DNA of 64,000 bases from a bacterium (GTDB taxonomy: Bacteria; J088; JAWLBW01). How positions within the stretch are numbered: the stretch's first letter is position 1; each line of letters starts with the position of its first letter. The stretch lies in NCBI GenBank assembly GCA_041690355.1, contig JAWLHK010000015.1:1-64000 (forward strand), in the 5' to 3' direction. Below the pieces are notes generated by a model, which was not told where the DNA came from, made no database searches, and saw nothing but the letters and a program-made list of their open reading frames with translations. Both the position numbers and the translations under genes were made by a program. Shown here piece by piece: positions 39,755 through 52,829 of this stretch.

Positions 39755-40385
39755 GGGAAGGGTGGCGCCGCGCAAACCGCTCGTCATCTTCGATCTCGAT
39801 GGCACGCTGCTCGACAGCGCCGCCTGGCTTCTGGCGGCCGTGAACCAGGTGCTGGCCCCCTTTGTGTCCGTGTCGTGGACGGTCGAGGATCTGGTCGCGA
39901 CGGCCGGCGGCGCCGAGCACCATGTGTTCGCACGCGTGGTTCCCCCCGAGGCCTTGACCGGCGTGCTCGAGGCCTACGGGCATGCGTTGCGGGAACCCGG
40001 ACGGCTGCGGCCCCATGCGGGCGCCGAAGGCGTTCTCGAGCAGCTTGCGGCGCGCGGGCACCGGCTGGCGCTCTTCTCGGGCGCGGGTACGGCGCTGGGC
40101 GAACTGCGGTTGCGCCACGTGGGCTGGTCTCATCGCTTCTCGCCGCGCGTCTGGGGCGATCAGGTCGCCGCCAAGCCGGCGCCCGACGGTATCCGGCGTG
40201 TCATCGAATTTGCCGGCGCCGCCGCGGGACAGGCCATCTATGTCGGCGATACGCCCAAAGACGCCCAGGCGGCAGCGGCGGCCGGCGTCGACTTCGTCGG
40301 GTGCGCCTGGGGCGACGTGCCCGGGGGACCCGCGTGCGCGTCGCTCGCCGCGCGCCTCGAAGACCTGCTCACGCTGATCGATTGA
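39751..40385 (+). CDS. HAD-family hydrolase (tandem paralog)
   Basis: FDLDGTL, KPAPDG, YVGDT..D; start at the ATGA overlap is approximate. Confidence 0.85.
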
Positions 40386-41550
40386 CCGCGCGCGGCTGTG
40401 AGAGCACGGCCGCCACGGTCGCCAGCACCCCCACGGTTCCCCCGATGAGAAACATGGTCGAGTTTCCCCAGTGATCGTAGGCGTAGCCGGCGACCAGCAT
40501 GCCGGTCATCTGGCCGAATCCGGTCGCCATCGCCGCCAGACCCTGACCGGTGGCGCGCAGCCGATCGGGAACAAGCGCGGCAATCTGCCGCACGCTGGCC
40601 ACGTAGAGCAGGGCAAAGGCGATGCCGTGCAGCGGCGCTAGCACGAGCAGCATGGCGGCGCCCGGCTGCGTGGCATATGCGAACCAGCGCAGGGTTTCGA
40701 GCAGGAAACCGGCCGCGAGCACCCGCCGGGTGCCGATGCGCTCGATGAAGCGGTCGACACCGTACATGACGAGCACCTCGATGGTCACCGCGATGCCCCA
40801 CGTCCAGGCCACGATGCGGCCGCTGTAGCCGAGGTCCTGCACGAAGAGCGTGTAAAAGCCGTTGAACGGCGCCCCGGCCATGCGGTTGAAGAAGAGGGCC
40901 ACGAGCAGGATCAGGACGGGCGCGGTGCGCAGCAGGGCGCCCACCTCGCGCGGGGCCGGAGCCCCGGCGAGCGACCCCTGGGGTCCGGCGGCGGCCGTCA
41001 TGTAGATGGCGAAAAGGACGTGTCCGGCGAGCAGGCCGCCGGCGATGGCCGCGGTCGGCAGCGACGGAAACAGGGTGCCGAGGGCGAAGCTGGTGACGAT
41101 GAAACCCACCGAGCCCCAGAGGCGGATGCGACCGTAGCGTCCGCTGTAGGTCGACAGGTGGCTCAGCGTGGCGGCGTCGAGCAGGGGAATGAGCGGCGCG
41201 ATGGCGGCGTAGTAGAGCAGGCCGCCGGCGAAGAGCCCCGCCCGCGACTCCGTCGCCATGAGCACGCCGAGCCCCCCCACGGCGGCCCAGGCCGCCAGCA
41301 CGGTCCAGAAGCGGGGCCCCCGCCATCGATCGGCGGCATAGCCCCAGACCGGCGGCATGACCGCCCGCAGAAGGGGGCCCGCGGCGAGCAGGAGGCCGAT
41401 GAGCGACCCGTCGATGCCGCGCCCTTTGAGATAGGCGGGAAAATAGGGAACGTAGATGCCGAACGTGCCGAAGAAGAGCAGAAACGCGATGACCAGGTGG
41501 CGGCGTTCCTGCAATTGACGAGTGGCGATGGACGATTGACGATTGGTCAA
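40369..41550 (-). CDS. MFS transporter (HcaT/nucleoside-symporter-like)
   Basis: About 12 TM segments; WGYAADR, YGRIRLWGSVGF, LRATGQG; start uncertain. Confidence 0.85.
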   Translation of the reverse strand: MTNRQSSIATRQLQERRHLVIAFLLFFGTFGIYVPYFPAYLKGRGIDGSLIGLLLAAGPLLRAVMPPVWGYAADRWRGPRFWTVLAAWAAVGGLGVLMATESRAGLFAGGLLYYAAIAPLIPLLDAATLSHLSTYSGRYGRIRLWGSVGFIVTSFALGTLFPSLPTAAIAGGLLAGHVLFAIYMTAAAGPQGSLAGAPAPREVGALLRTAPVLILLVALFFNRMAGAPFNGFYTLFVQDLGYSGRIVAWTWGIAVTIEVLVMYGVDRFIERIGTRRVLAAGFLLETLRWFAYATQPGAAMLLVLAPLHGIAFALLYVASVRQIAALVPDRLRATGQGLAAMATGFGQMTGMLVAGYAYDHWGNSTMFLIGGTVGVLATVAAVLSQPRAVNRSA

Positions 41551-41695
41551 GGGAATGGGCCGTGAAACGTCCCGGTATGAAGCGCCGAAGAACCCGTTTG
41601 CAGGTACTCAGCGCTTGGCGCTTGGGCTCGCTGTGCGGGCGGTTGGAGCCTTACGGTGGCCGATGTGCGGGAACCCTCAGTATAATGGATCAATT

Positions 41696-43467
<1,772 letters not shown>

Positions 43468-43521
43468 GGCCATGTGAGCCGAACGGCTTCCACAGCGAGG
43501 TACACGGCGCCGGAGAACGTC

Positions 43522-43643
43522 CATCCCGGAGGGATGGTCTGCGGTAGCCCGGGACGCGAGTCCCGGGAACGTCGCGGCGCAGACGCGATTCCCCGGGCTC
43601 GGAAGCACCGGAACGGCGCGCGCGAGCCGTCCTTCGGGCCCCC
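43522..43643. repeat. ~120-bp dispersed repeat (second copy at 18538..18659)
   Basis: Shared CCCGGGACG.GAGTCCC, CCCCGGGCTCGGAAGC, CGGCGCGCGCGAGCCGTCCTTCGGGCCCCC. Confidence 0.85.
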
Positions 43644-43657
43644 GGGAGAGGCCTGAA

Positions 43658-44362
43658 TCACCGCTTGGCCGCGCGCTTTCTCGCTTTCGGCGCCGCCACC
43701 GGCATGGCCGTGCGGCTCTTGTCGGCCATTTTCTTGAGCGCCAGCGCACGCTGCTGCACGACGTCGAACTCTCTCCGGTTGACCAGTCCGTCGTTGACCA
43801 GCCAGGTGTCGACCCCCACCGCGCGCGCGCCGGCCTTGAGCAGGGCGCCCGCCATCTGGTCGTCGATCCCGCCGGTGGGAATCAGCCGGATGTTCCCATA
43901 CGTGAACAGCAGCGACTCGAGATAAGCCGGCCCGTAGAAGTTGGCGGGCGTGACGGTGACGTAGTCGGCCCCCGTCTGATAGGCGCGGAAAACTTCGTTC
44001 GGGGTCATCCCCCCCTGCATGACGACGGTCGTTTCTTCTTTGCACAGCTCGACGATCCCGCGCTCGGTATGCGGGCTCGAAACGTAGTCGGCTCCGGCCT
44101 GGATGGCGTCGAGCGCGCCGCGGCGATCGAGAATGCCGCAGACGCCCAGGATGATGTCGTTGCCGAACTCCTGCCGCGCCTTGCGGACGATTTCTTCCCA
44201 CTTGGGCGCCTGGATGGGAATCTCAAAGACGTTCAGGCCGCCGAGGAGAATACTGTTGAAGGCCCGTACCAGGTGGGCGGTCTGGGTCAGGCGGATGCTG
44301 GCGATGATGCCTTCTTTTTCCAACGCAAGCGTAACCCGCTCTATTCGTTCGATGACAGGCAT
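43658..44362 (-). CDS. KDPG/KHG aldolase (Eda)-like protein
   Basis: GADYVSSP, GGMTPNEV, LIPTGGI pattern; catalytic Lys apparently replaced. Confidence 0.8.
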   Translation of the reverse strand: MPVIERIERVTLALEKEGIIASIRLTQTAHLVRAFNSILLGGLNVFEIPIQAPKWEEIVRKARQEFGNDIILGVCGILDRRGALDAIQAGADYVSSPHTERGIVELCKEETTVVMQGGMTPNEVFRAYQTGADYVTVTPANFYGPAYLESLLFTYGNIRLIPTGGIDDQMAGALLKAGARAVGVDTWLVNDGLVNRREFDVVQQRALALKKMADKSRTAMPVAAPKARKRAAKR

Positions 44363-44402
44363 GGTACAGCTCCTTGCTTGCTGAGGGGGTGCCTATCGGC
44401 CG

Positions 44403-44432
44403 ATCATAGGACGGTTTGACGCGCAATGTCAA
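44403..44432 (-). promoter_or_regulatory. sigma70 promoter of the eda-like gene
   Basis: Minus strand TTGACA-N18-TATGAT; overlaps palindrome TTGAC-N7-GTCAA. Confidence 0.6.
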
Positions 44433-44681
44433 CAGCCACTTATGTTTCAGTGTGAGCCAAACCTTCGCTGAGCAGGTCGGGTCATGGGTGAAAAGCTCTC
44501 TCAATCATTTTTTTTGGACTTGAACCGGGACGGCCTGGTTGCAGACTCGGGGGCAGTTGAGAAACGAAACCGGCCGACCCGTTGATTTCCGACAACCCCC
44601 ATCGATAGGTGAAGAGTGAAGGTGGTGGAGAAATCCCGAGAAGGCTCGACCCAGATGCGAAAGTGCAAGCCCGGCGGCAGA

Positions 44682-45989
44682 TCAGCCCGTGGCCCGCAGC
44701 ATGCGCATCCCCTTGTGGATCCCATCCACCACGGGTTCGACGAGTTCAGGGGATACTTGTTCCGTCAGCGTCTTGGCAAATGCGGGGAGGGTTGCCGCCC
44801 GAGCCTCGATGTCCTGGAGGAGCTCTTCGAAATCTATCAGGGGAAAGCCTGCCGCGCGTGCGGTCTGTGTCCAGTGTCGGCGCTGGATATCTGCGAGTCG
44901 ATAGTGGCGCCGCTCGCCGATAGCCATGGCGAGCCTGGCTTCCTTGATCTCCAGCTGTCGTGCGGCAAGGGCGGGGTGCACGGTCATGATGTCGTACAGG
45001 GGCGTCAGGCAGAAGCCGCCCGGGCGAAGAAAGATGCTGAAGTTCTTGGCGTGTCCGTCGATGGCGCCAAGCAGGTAAAAGACCAACTGTGCCCGCAGGA
45101 AGGATATCCGGTCGTGATCGCGGTAATCGGATGCGTCCAGGAACCCCAGGATGGCGGAAATGCCGGGGCCTCCCTCGGCTTCGTACTTGCGCGTCGGCGA
45201 TTCGCCCAGTGCCTGGCAGAGGTCCTCCTGGGGAACGCGGTGCAGGACAGTGCCCTCGGCGTTCCACCGTCTGTCGAAACGTTCGACCACCAGGCACGAA
45301 AGCCCGTCAAACTCGGCGAGCTCCGCGGTCGCCACGTCCAGACCGAACCAGGATGCGAACCGCAGGCAAAGCCACTCGTTCGCCGGACTCTGTCGAAGGT
45401 CGATTCCGTTAGGCAGAAGTCCGATCGCCGGCTTGAGAATGTGCGACGTCGGTGTGGTGCCATGCGGTTCATGCCAGGCGCCATTCATTCGAAGCAGGGC
45501 CGTCTTTTCCTGGGCGCCGGCCAGTGAAATTCGAAATCCGGCATCAGGTCGAACGCCCAGAGGCGAGGTTTGCAGGTTGCGCAGCCTCTCACCGATCTCC
45601 TTGTCTGAAAGAGGTGATGCGTCGACTTCGTCCGGGGAGACTCGTTCGATTTCATCCGGCAGGAATTGCAGGGCGCCCACGCAGTCGCGCCCGATAGCGG
45701 CCAGGAGCTCGAATGGGCCGGTGCCGTCGGCCCGCGTCTTCTCGGCCAGCCGGCGCCGGAAGCGATCATTGTCGGGAAGTAGATTGTCGAAGAAGGCGTA
45801 GACGGTCGCTCCCCGCCATGGGTCTTCCCGCAGAGGCAGCGAGAGCGAGACCGGCACGGCGTCGTCTCGCTGCAGCCAGTCGGACGCGTACTGAAACGAC
45901 AATGCCCCGGCGGTCTCGCGCACCAGGCGGCCGACGCGGTCGCCGTTCAGAAACACCCCCAGAGCCCGGCGTTTAGGACGTCGGCCCAT
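44682..45989 (-). CDS. hipA: HipA family toxin kinase
   Basis: SLSLP..FFDNLLP, ISLAGAQEK, ERFDR, DGHAKNFS, PLYD. Confidence 0.95.
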   Translation of the reverse strand: MGRRPKRRALGVFLNGDRVGRLVRETAGALSFQYASDWLQRDDAVPVSLSLPLREDPWRGATVYAFFDNLLPDNDRFRRRLAEKTRADGTGPFELLAAIGRDCVGALQFLPDEIERVSPDEVDASPLSDKEIGERLRNLQTSPLGVRPDAGFRISLAGAQEKTALLRMNGAWHEPHGTTPTSHILKPAIGLLPNGIDLRQSPANEWLCLRFASWFGLDVATAELAEFDGLSCLVVERFDRRWNAEGTVLHRVPQEDLCQALGESPTRKYEAEGGPGISAILGFLDASDYRDHDRISFLRAQLVFYLLGAIDGHAKNFSIFLRPGGFCLTPLYDIMTVHPALAARQLEIKEARLAMAIGERRHYRLADIQRRHWTQTARAAGFPLIDFEELLQDIEARAATLPAFAKTLTEQVSPELVEPVVDGIHKGMRMLRATG

Positions 45990-46227
45990 CGGTGCCCTTC
46001 TTGCGGCGCCGAACGACGAGTTCCAGATCCAGAGCCGCGAGTACGCGGAACAGGGTTCCCAAGCGAACGCCCGATGCCCCTCTTTCGAGCGTAGAAATGG
46101 CGCCCTGTTTGACTCCGGCGCGGGAACCGATTGCTGCCTGGGTCGCGTTGGCTTGACGTCGGAAGCGAAGCAGCGCGTTTCCGAGTTGACCAGCGCTACG
46201 GATCGGTATATTGAGGTCCTCTTTCAT
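45973..46227 (-). CDS. hipB: HipB-like HTH antitoxin
   Basis: QLGNALLRFRR..TQ..AGVKQGAISTLE; overlaps the hipA start. Confidence 0.9.
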   Translation of the reverse strand: MKEDLNIPIRSAGQLGNALLRFRRQANATQAAIGSRAGVKQGAISTLERGASGVRLGTLFRVLAALDLELVVRRRKKGTDGPTS

Positions 46228-46299
46228 TATCCCTTCAGCGGTATATTTACATTTTATCCTTTTTCGGGGATATTTCAAGCTTATCCCGTTCGTGGGATA
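46228..46299. promoter_or_regulatory. three HipB operators
   Basis: TATCC-N8-GGATA at 46255..46272 and 46282..46299; TATCC-N8-GTATA at 46228..46245. Confidence 0.85.
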
Positions 46300-46460
46300 T
46301 CCGGCTGGTCAATCCGGGTCTTCGGGGGAGCTTGAAGCGTACCAGGCTGTGGTTCTCAGAATGCAGACTGAACGGCGGTGCGATGCGAAGGCTTGGGCAT
46401 TCCGGCGATCCGTTGCTACACTGAAGGTTTCCACTTTCTTTACCAAGGCAATCCGTCGCC

Positions 46461-48185
46461 ATGCGCTACGCCAGTCTGCTCATTCCCACGCTGAAGGAAA
46501 CCCCCAAGGAAGCCGAGATCGTCAGCCATCAACTGATGATGCGCGCCGGCATGATCCGCCGCGTCGCCGCGGGTATCTATGAATACCTGCCGCTCGGGCT
46601 GCGCGTCCTGCGCAATGTGGAGACCATCCTGCGCGAAGAGCTGAACCGCGCCGGGTGCCAGGAGGTTCTGCTGCCCATGGTCATCCCGGCCGAACTCTGG
46701 CAGGAGAGCGGCCGCTGGGAATTCTACGGCAAGGAGCTGCTGCGCCTCAAGGATCGGCACGATCGGGAATACTGCCTGGGACCGACGCACGAGGAAGTCA
46801 TGACCGACCTGGTGCGCCGCGAGGTCAATTCCTACCGCCAGCTGCCCCTGAACCTCTATCAGATTCAGACCAAGTTCCGTGACGAGATCCGCCCGCGCTT
46901 CGGGCTCATGCGCGGGCGCGAGTTCCTCATGAAAGACGGCTACTCGTTCGACGTCGACGAGGCCGGCCTCGATAAATCCTATGATGCGATGTACGAGGCG
47001 TACTCCCGCATCTTCCGCCGCTGCGGGCTCGACTTTCGCGCCGTCGAGGCCGACACGGGGGCCATCGGGGGCAAGTCGAGCCACGAGTTCATGGTGCTTG
47101 CCGAATCGGGGGAAGACGCGGTTTTCAGCTGCACGCATGCGGAATGCCGTTACGGCGCGAACGCTGAAAAGGCCGAGAGCCGGATGGCGTGGTCGGCTGG
47201 CACCCCCGTATCCGCCCCGATGGAGACGGTCGACACGCCGAACGTGGGGACGATTGAGGACGTCGCGAAGTTCCTTTCCCGTCCGGCTGCGGATTTCATC
47301 AAGACGCTCGTCTACGATACCGACCAGGGGCCGCTCGTCGTGCTCATCCGCGGCGATCAGACGGTGAACGAGGCCAAGGTGGCCGCCCGCCTCGGGCTGA
47401 ACCGGCTCGAGATGGCTTCAGATCGGCTCGTCGAGGAGGTGACCGGCGCGCCGGTCGGTTTCGCCGGGCCGGTCGGGCTGAAGAACGTGCGCATCGTCGC
47501 CGACCACAGCGTGTCGTCCATCGCCGATGCGGTGACCGGCGCCAACGAGAAGGACAAGCACCTCGTGCACGTTGTTGCCGGACGCGACTTCCCGATCGAG
47601 CGGACCGACGACTTTCGCCTCGTGCAGGTCGGCGAGGCGTGTCCGCGGTGCGAGCAGGGTACGCTGCGCCAGGATCGCGGCGTTGAAGTCGGCCACATCT
47701 TCAAGCTCGGGCTCAAATACAGCGAGAAACTGCAGTGCAACTTTCTCGATCGCGACGGTCAGCTTCAGCCGATGGTCATGGGCACCTACGGCATCGGCGT
47801 CGGGCGCACCGCGGCGGCGAGCATCGAGCAGAACCACGACGACAAGGGGATCATCTGGTCCGTCAATCTGGCCCCGTTTCCCGTCCAGCTGGTTCCGCTC
47901 GGCACCGGCGACGCCCTCGCGAAGGCCGTCGAGATCGAGAAGGAACTTGCCGCCCTGGGCATCGAGTGTCTGGTCGACGATCGCGAAGAGCGTCCGGGGG
48001 TCAAGTTCAACGACGCCGACCTCATCGGCATTCCGTTGCGCGTGACCATCGGCGAGAAGGGGCTCAAGGAGGGGATTACCGAGCTCAAGCTGCGCCGTTC
48101 GGGCGAGATGGAGAAGATACCCGTGGCCGACACGGCGCGCGTCGTGCGCGAACGGATCGAGGCCCTGCGCGCGGAGTCGGCGTGA
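46461..48185 (+). CDS. proS: proline--tRNA ligase (with INS editing domain)
   Basis: LGPTHEE, QIQTKFRDEIRPRFGLMRGREF, VEVGHIFKLG, GVKFNDADLIG. Confidence 0.98.
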   Translation: MRYASLLIPTLKETPKEAEIVSHQLMMRAGMIRRVAAGIYEYLPLGLRVLRNVETILREELNRAGCQEVLLPMVIPAELWQESGRWEFYGKELLRLKDRHDREYCLGPTHEEVMTDLVRREVNSYRQLPLNLYQIQTKFRDEIRPRFGLMRGREFLMKDGYSFDVDEAGLDKSYDAMYEAYSRIFRRCGLDFRAVEADTGAIGGKSSHEFMVLAESGEDAVFSCTHAECRYGANAEKAESRMAWSAGTPVSAPMETVDTPNVGTIEDVAKFLSRPAADFIKTLVYDTDQGPLVVLIRGDQTVNEAKVAARLGLNRLEMASDRLVEEVTGAPVGFAGPVGLKNVRIVADHSVSSIADAVTGANEKDKHLVHVVAGRDFPIERTDDFRLVQVGEACPRCEQGTLRQDRGVEVGHIFKLGLKYSEKLQCNFLDRDGQLQPMVMGTYGIGVGRTAAASIEQNHDDKGIIWSVNLAPFPVQLVPLGTGDALAKAVEIEKELAALGIECLVDDREERPGVKFNDADLIGIPLRVTIGEKGLKEGITELKLRRSGEMEKIPVADTARVVRERIEALRAESA

Positions 48186-48226
48186 GCGGCTTCGGCCGAT
48201 TCGCCGCTCTGCCCGGTCTGTGGTAA

Positions 48227-49612
<1,386 letters not shown>

Positions 49613-49960
49613 GCTGCGCTTCAGTCGTCAGTCAGCAGTCATCAGTCTGCCGTGCGCAGCAGTCCACCGTTCGTGTCGAGCCGACGGTGGGCGGCAGCGC
49701 CGGACACGACGGCGAGACAGGCCCGTGGATACCCATGTGCGCCCCCTCGCTGTCGGCCGGAATTGATCCCGACGAACGGAGGGACCTTCTCTACGGCCCG
49801 TCAGCTCGGGACGAACGGTGAAGTCGTCGATCGCCAATTGACGCCCTCTCGCTGTCGCCCTCCACTCTGTTTCGCGCTGTCCGCTCGAGGCGAACGGGGT
49901 ACTCGCCCGCAAATCGTCAATCGTAAATTGTAAATCGTCAATTGTCCTGACTCGTCACTT

Positions 49961-50566
49961 TCAGGGACGCCCCTCGGTTCCTTCGGCCGTCGCAGGAGGG
50001 TGCTGTTTCTCCTGCGCTCGGATGCGCGCGGCGACGCGGTCGACGAAGGAATCCGTAAAACGGTCAACGGCGTCCCAGTCGGTGAACTCGAAGTCTGCGT
50101 CGGTATCCGTCGGCCCGCCTTTGCGACGGGTAATCAGCTTCATGATGAAGCGCTTGAAGAAATCGTACTGCGTGTAGAGCAGGGCGCCCGCCAGCGAGAG
50201 GGTCTCCTGCGGCTTCCACCCGGTCGCATCCTCGAATTCCCGCATGTATCGTTCGGCCTCTTCCCGGTCTTCGGCTTCGTCGCCGGCGGCGGCCAGCGAG
50301 ACCGATAGGAAAGCGTTCGGACGCAGGTCGAGGTTCCGGCGGTTGTCTTCGACGAACTGGCGCAGCGCGGGCTGATGCTTGCCCTGATGCACCGAGCCGG
50401 CGACGAGCACGGCATCGGGATCGCCCGCGAACGCGTCTTCATCCCGGTTACTGCTGTCGAAGAGGATCGCATCCTCGTCCCGTTCGCGAATTCGGTCTGC
50501 AATGCGGGCGACGATCTTTCGGGTCTGCCCCTCGGTGGTGCCGTAGGCGATGAGAAATCTGGCCAT
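49961..50566 (-). CDS. HemG-like flavodoxin-domain protein
   Basis: AYGTTEGQTRKI, AGALLYTQY, EFTDWDAV. Confidence 0.85.
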   Translation of the reverse strand: MARFLIAYGTTEGQTRKIVARIADRIRERDEDAILFDSSNRDEDAFAGDPDAVLVAGSVHQGKHQPALRQFVEDNRRNLDLRPNAFLSVSLAAAGDEAEDREEAERYMREFEDATGWKPQETLSLAGALLYTQYDFFKRFIMKLITRRKGGPTDTDADFEFTDWDAVDRFTDSFVDRVAARIRAQEKQHPPATAEGTEGRP

Positions 50567-50696
50567 GGTTACCTCGCTGCAGTCACGATAGCGTCTGCCG
50601 CGCCATCGCGGAATGCCGGGAGCCTGGCAGGTCACGGCGTACGGCTTGGCCGCCGTGGTTCCCTGGAACCGCGGAGGGAAGGCCGAAGGGCATTTC

Positions 50697-50941
50697 CCAC
50701 GCGGAGGCGCGGAGTCGCGGAGAGAAACAAGAACCCGATTCAATTTCGGAAACAAGTACCAGATAGGCATGAAACTATTTCGAGATTACGCTGGTCCGAA
50801 ATAGACCGCTCGCCCCTTGAGGAGCCGGGCCATGAGAATCGAAATTCAGTCCAGCGTCCTTGTCTCCGGCAAAGATGAAAGTGCCAATCTGCTGGAATTC
50901 CGTCTGGTTTCTCCTCGCCGCGTCTCCGCGCCTCCGCGTGG
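50697..50941. repeat. 24-bp inverted repeat built of CTCCGCGN octamers
   Basis: 50697..50720 vs 50918..50941 match 23/24; related copy at 11036..11059. Confidence 0.8.
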
Positions 50942-51007
50942 AATGTTTTTGGTCCTTCAGCCCTTCAGCCTCCGCTATACTGTTTGTGCTATCTTCGAGG
51001 AGAGCTC

Positions 51008-52108
51008 ATGCTTCGTCGCCTGCTTCTGCCCCTCCTGTTGCTGACCGCCGCCTGCGAAGAGGAACCGCTGCGGGATCCCTTCGTTCAAGTCGCCGACCCG
51101 GGGCCGTGGACCGCGGTGGCGGTCGGCGGCGAGCAATCCTGCGGATTGAAGACCGACCAGAGCCTCTGGTGCTGGGGCGACTACGGCGTGGTCCGCGGCA
51201 ACACGGCGTACCGCACCAAGCCGGTGCGCGTCGACGCGCCGGCCCGATGGTCGCAGATCTCCCTCGGCAACGGCATGGGTTGCGGCGTGAGCGACGACGC
51301 CCGGCTGTACTGTTGGGGAAATCTGCCGGTGCCAGGCGGTAGCGAGTTCGCCGGCGCGCCGAAGCCCGAAGACTTTCCCGAACCCGTCAGCGCGGTATCC
51401 GTCGGCGAAGGGCACTGGTGCGTCGTGACGACCGCCAACGGCGTCTTCTGCCGCGGCCGCATCTGGATGAACGGCAGCCGCGCCGACGCCCTCGCTCCCG
51501 AGCCGGCGTTCGTGCGCGCCCTGGCGGTTGCATCAGGCCGCGGCTTCGCGTGCGCCATCGACCTGGAGCGGCAGATGCAGTGCTGGTCCTCCGGAGACGT
51601 ATACGGCGACGGCGCGACCATCGTCACCTCCGCGGTACGGGGCTGGTCTTCGGCAGGCGCTGGTCGCGAGTTCATCTGCGCGGTCGACCTCGATCGCAAA
51701 CTCTGGTGCTGGGGAGCGACCCCGTTCCACTACGACGATCTGTATTCGCAGCACTTTGAGACGCTGCCCGAAAAGATCGACGACGCCGACTGGCTCCACT
51801 TCGCCGGCGGTTGGCAGCACGCCTGTGGCATCCGCGCCGACGGCGGGCTCTACTGCTGGGGGATGAACACCGACGGGCAGCTCGCGTTCGGCTGGGGCGG
51901 CACCGAGGACGCGTTTGTTTCAGAACCGCGTAAAGTGGGCTCTGCGCAATGGGCGCAGGTTGCGGTCGGCTTCTCGCACACCTGCGCGCTCAAGTCTGAC
52001 GCTACGATCTGGTGCGCCGGACAGAACAGTGAAGGGCAGCTCGGCATCGGGGTCACCGACGAGGGCGAGTATCCCGACGGCGGCGGGGGCGGCGGATGGG
52101 ACGATTAG
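51008..52108 (+). CDS. RCC1-repeat lipoprotein
   Basis: Lipobox TAAC; repeated G..HxC...G.LxCWG.N..GQL. Confidence 0.88.
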   Translation: MLRRLLLPLLLLTAACEEEPLRDPFVQVADPGPWTAVAVGGEQSCGLKTDQSLWCWGDYGVVRGNTAYRTKPVRVDAPARWSQISLGNGMGCGVSDDARLYCWGNLPVPGGSEFAGAPKPEDFPEPVSAVSVGEGHWCVVTTANGVFCRGRIWMNGSRADALAPEPAFVRALAVASGRGFACAIDLERQMQCWSSGDVYGDGATIVTSAVRGWSSAGAGREFICAVDLDRKLWCWGATPFHYDDLYSQHFETLPEKIDDADWLHFAGGWQHACGIRADGGLYCWGMNTDGQLAFGWGGTEDAFVSEPRKVGSAQWAQVAVGFSHTCALKSDATIWCAGQNSEGQLGIGVTDEGEYPDGGGGGGWDD

Positions 52109-52326
52109 AAATGACGAGTGACGAGTGACGAGTGACGAATTTCGGCAAGGGCGTGGGAACCTTCCTCAGTGCTTGGCGCTCGGCGCTTGGCGCTCGGCGC
52201 CTTGGCGCTTTGCCCGTGACGAGTGAATCAGAGCATGGACGGCTCACGACTTTTCCGATCCGCTCCAAGGCCCCTAAGCCGATTCTGCATTTCCGTGTGA
52301 ACCCCGCCCGAGCGTCAACTTGCGTA

Positions 52327-52779
52327 TCAGGATGCCGACGCCCATTTCCGAAGACGCACGTCAAAATTCGCTTCGAAGTCGAGCACCAGGGACTTGTTGC
52401 GATATGCCGGGCAGAGCCGGCACCGATTGCGCGCGCCGTCTTTGTCGGCGCAGGCAAGCCAGCAGATCGCTTCGCGGGTCTCATCGCCGCAAGCCTCGCC
52501 CAGTTCGTCGCGGCGAAGCCTCGAAAGGTTGGCAATCCTGATCAGCCAGGCCAGCCCCACCGGACCAAGGAGATTGGACCGAAGATAATCGCGAACGGCC
52601 TGCAGCCACTGAACGTCGCTGATGGAATATAGACGAAGGCCCGATGTCTCGCGGCAGGGCAGCACGATCCCGAGTTCTTCATACTGGCGCACGGTCGACT
52701 GGGACAGCCGGGCCAGGCGCGAGGCTTCTCCGATTCGCAGGATGGGGAGATTGACATCGGAGAGGATGGATTCGGTCAT
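52327..52779 (-). CDS. MerR-family regulator with Cys-rich C-terminus
   Basis: IGEASRLARLSQSTVRQYEELG..RLYS; tail C..EAICW..CRLCPAY. Confidence 0.85.
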   Translation of the reverse strand: MTESILSDVNLPILRIGEASRLARLSQSTVRQYEELGIVLPCRETSGLRLYSISDVQWLQAVRDYLRSNLLGPVGLAWLIRIANLSRLRRDELGEACGDETREAICWLACADKDGARNRCRLCPAYRNKSLVLDFEANFDVRLRKWASAS

Positions 52780-52829
52780 AACGCTTCGAACCCCGTGATC
52801 GGAAACAGTTCAGTGAACCACAAACCCCG

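Noticed and set aside
44682-48185. Idea that this HipA targets the neighbouring ProRS
   Set aside because: Only adjacency supports it; the HipA-family targets I know are class I synthetases, whereas ProRS is class II
49650-49900. Short repeats (CCCTCGCTGTCG) downstream of purA as an ncRNA
   Set aside because: Only two short imperfect copies and no structure I can assign
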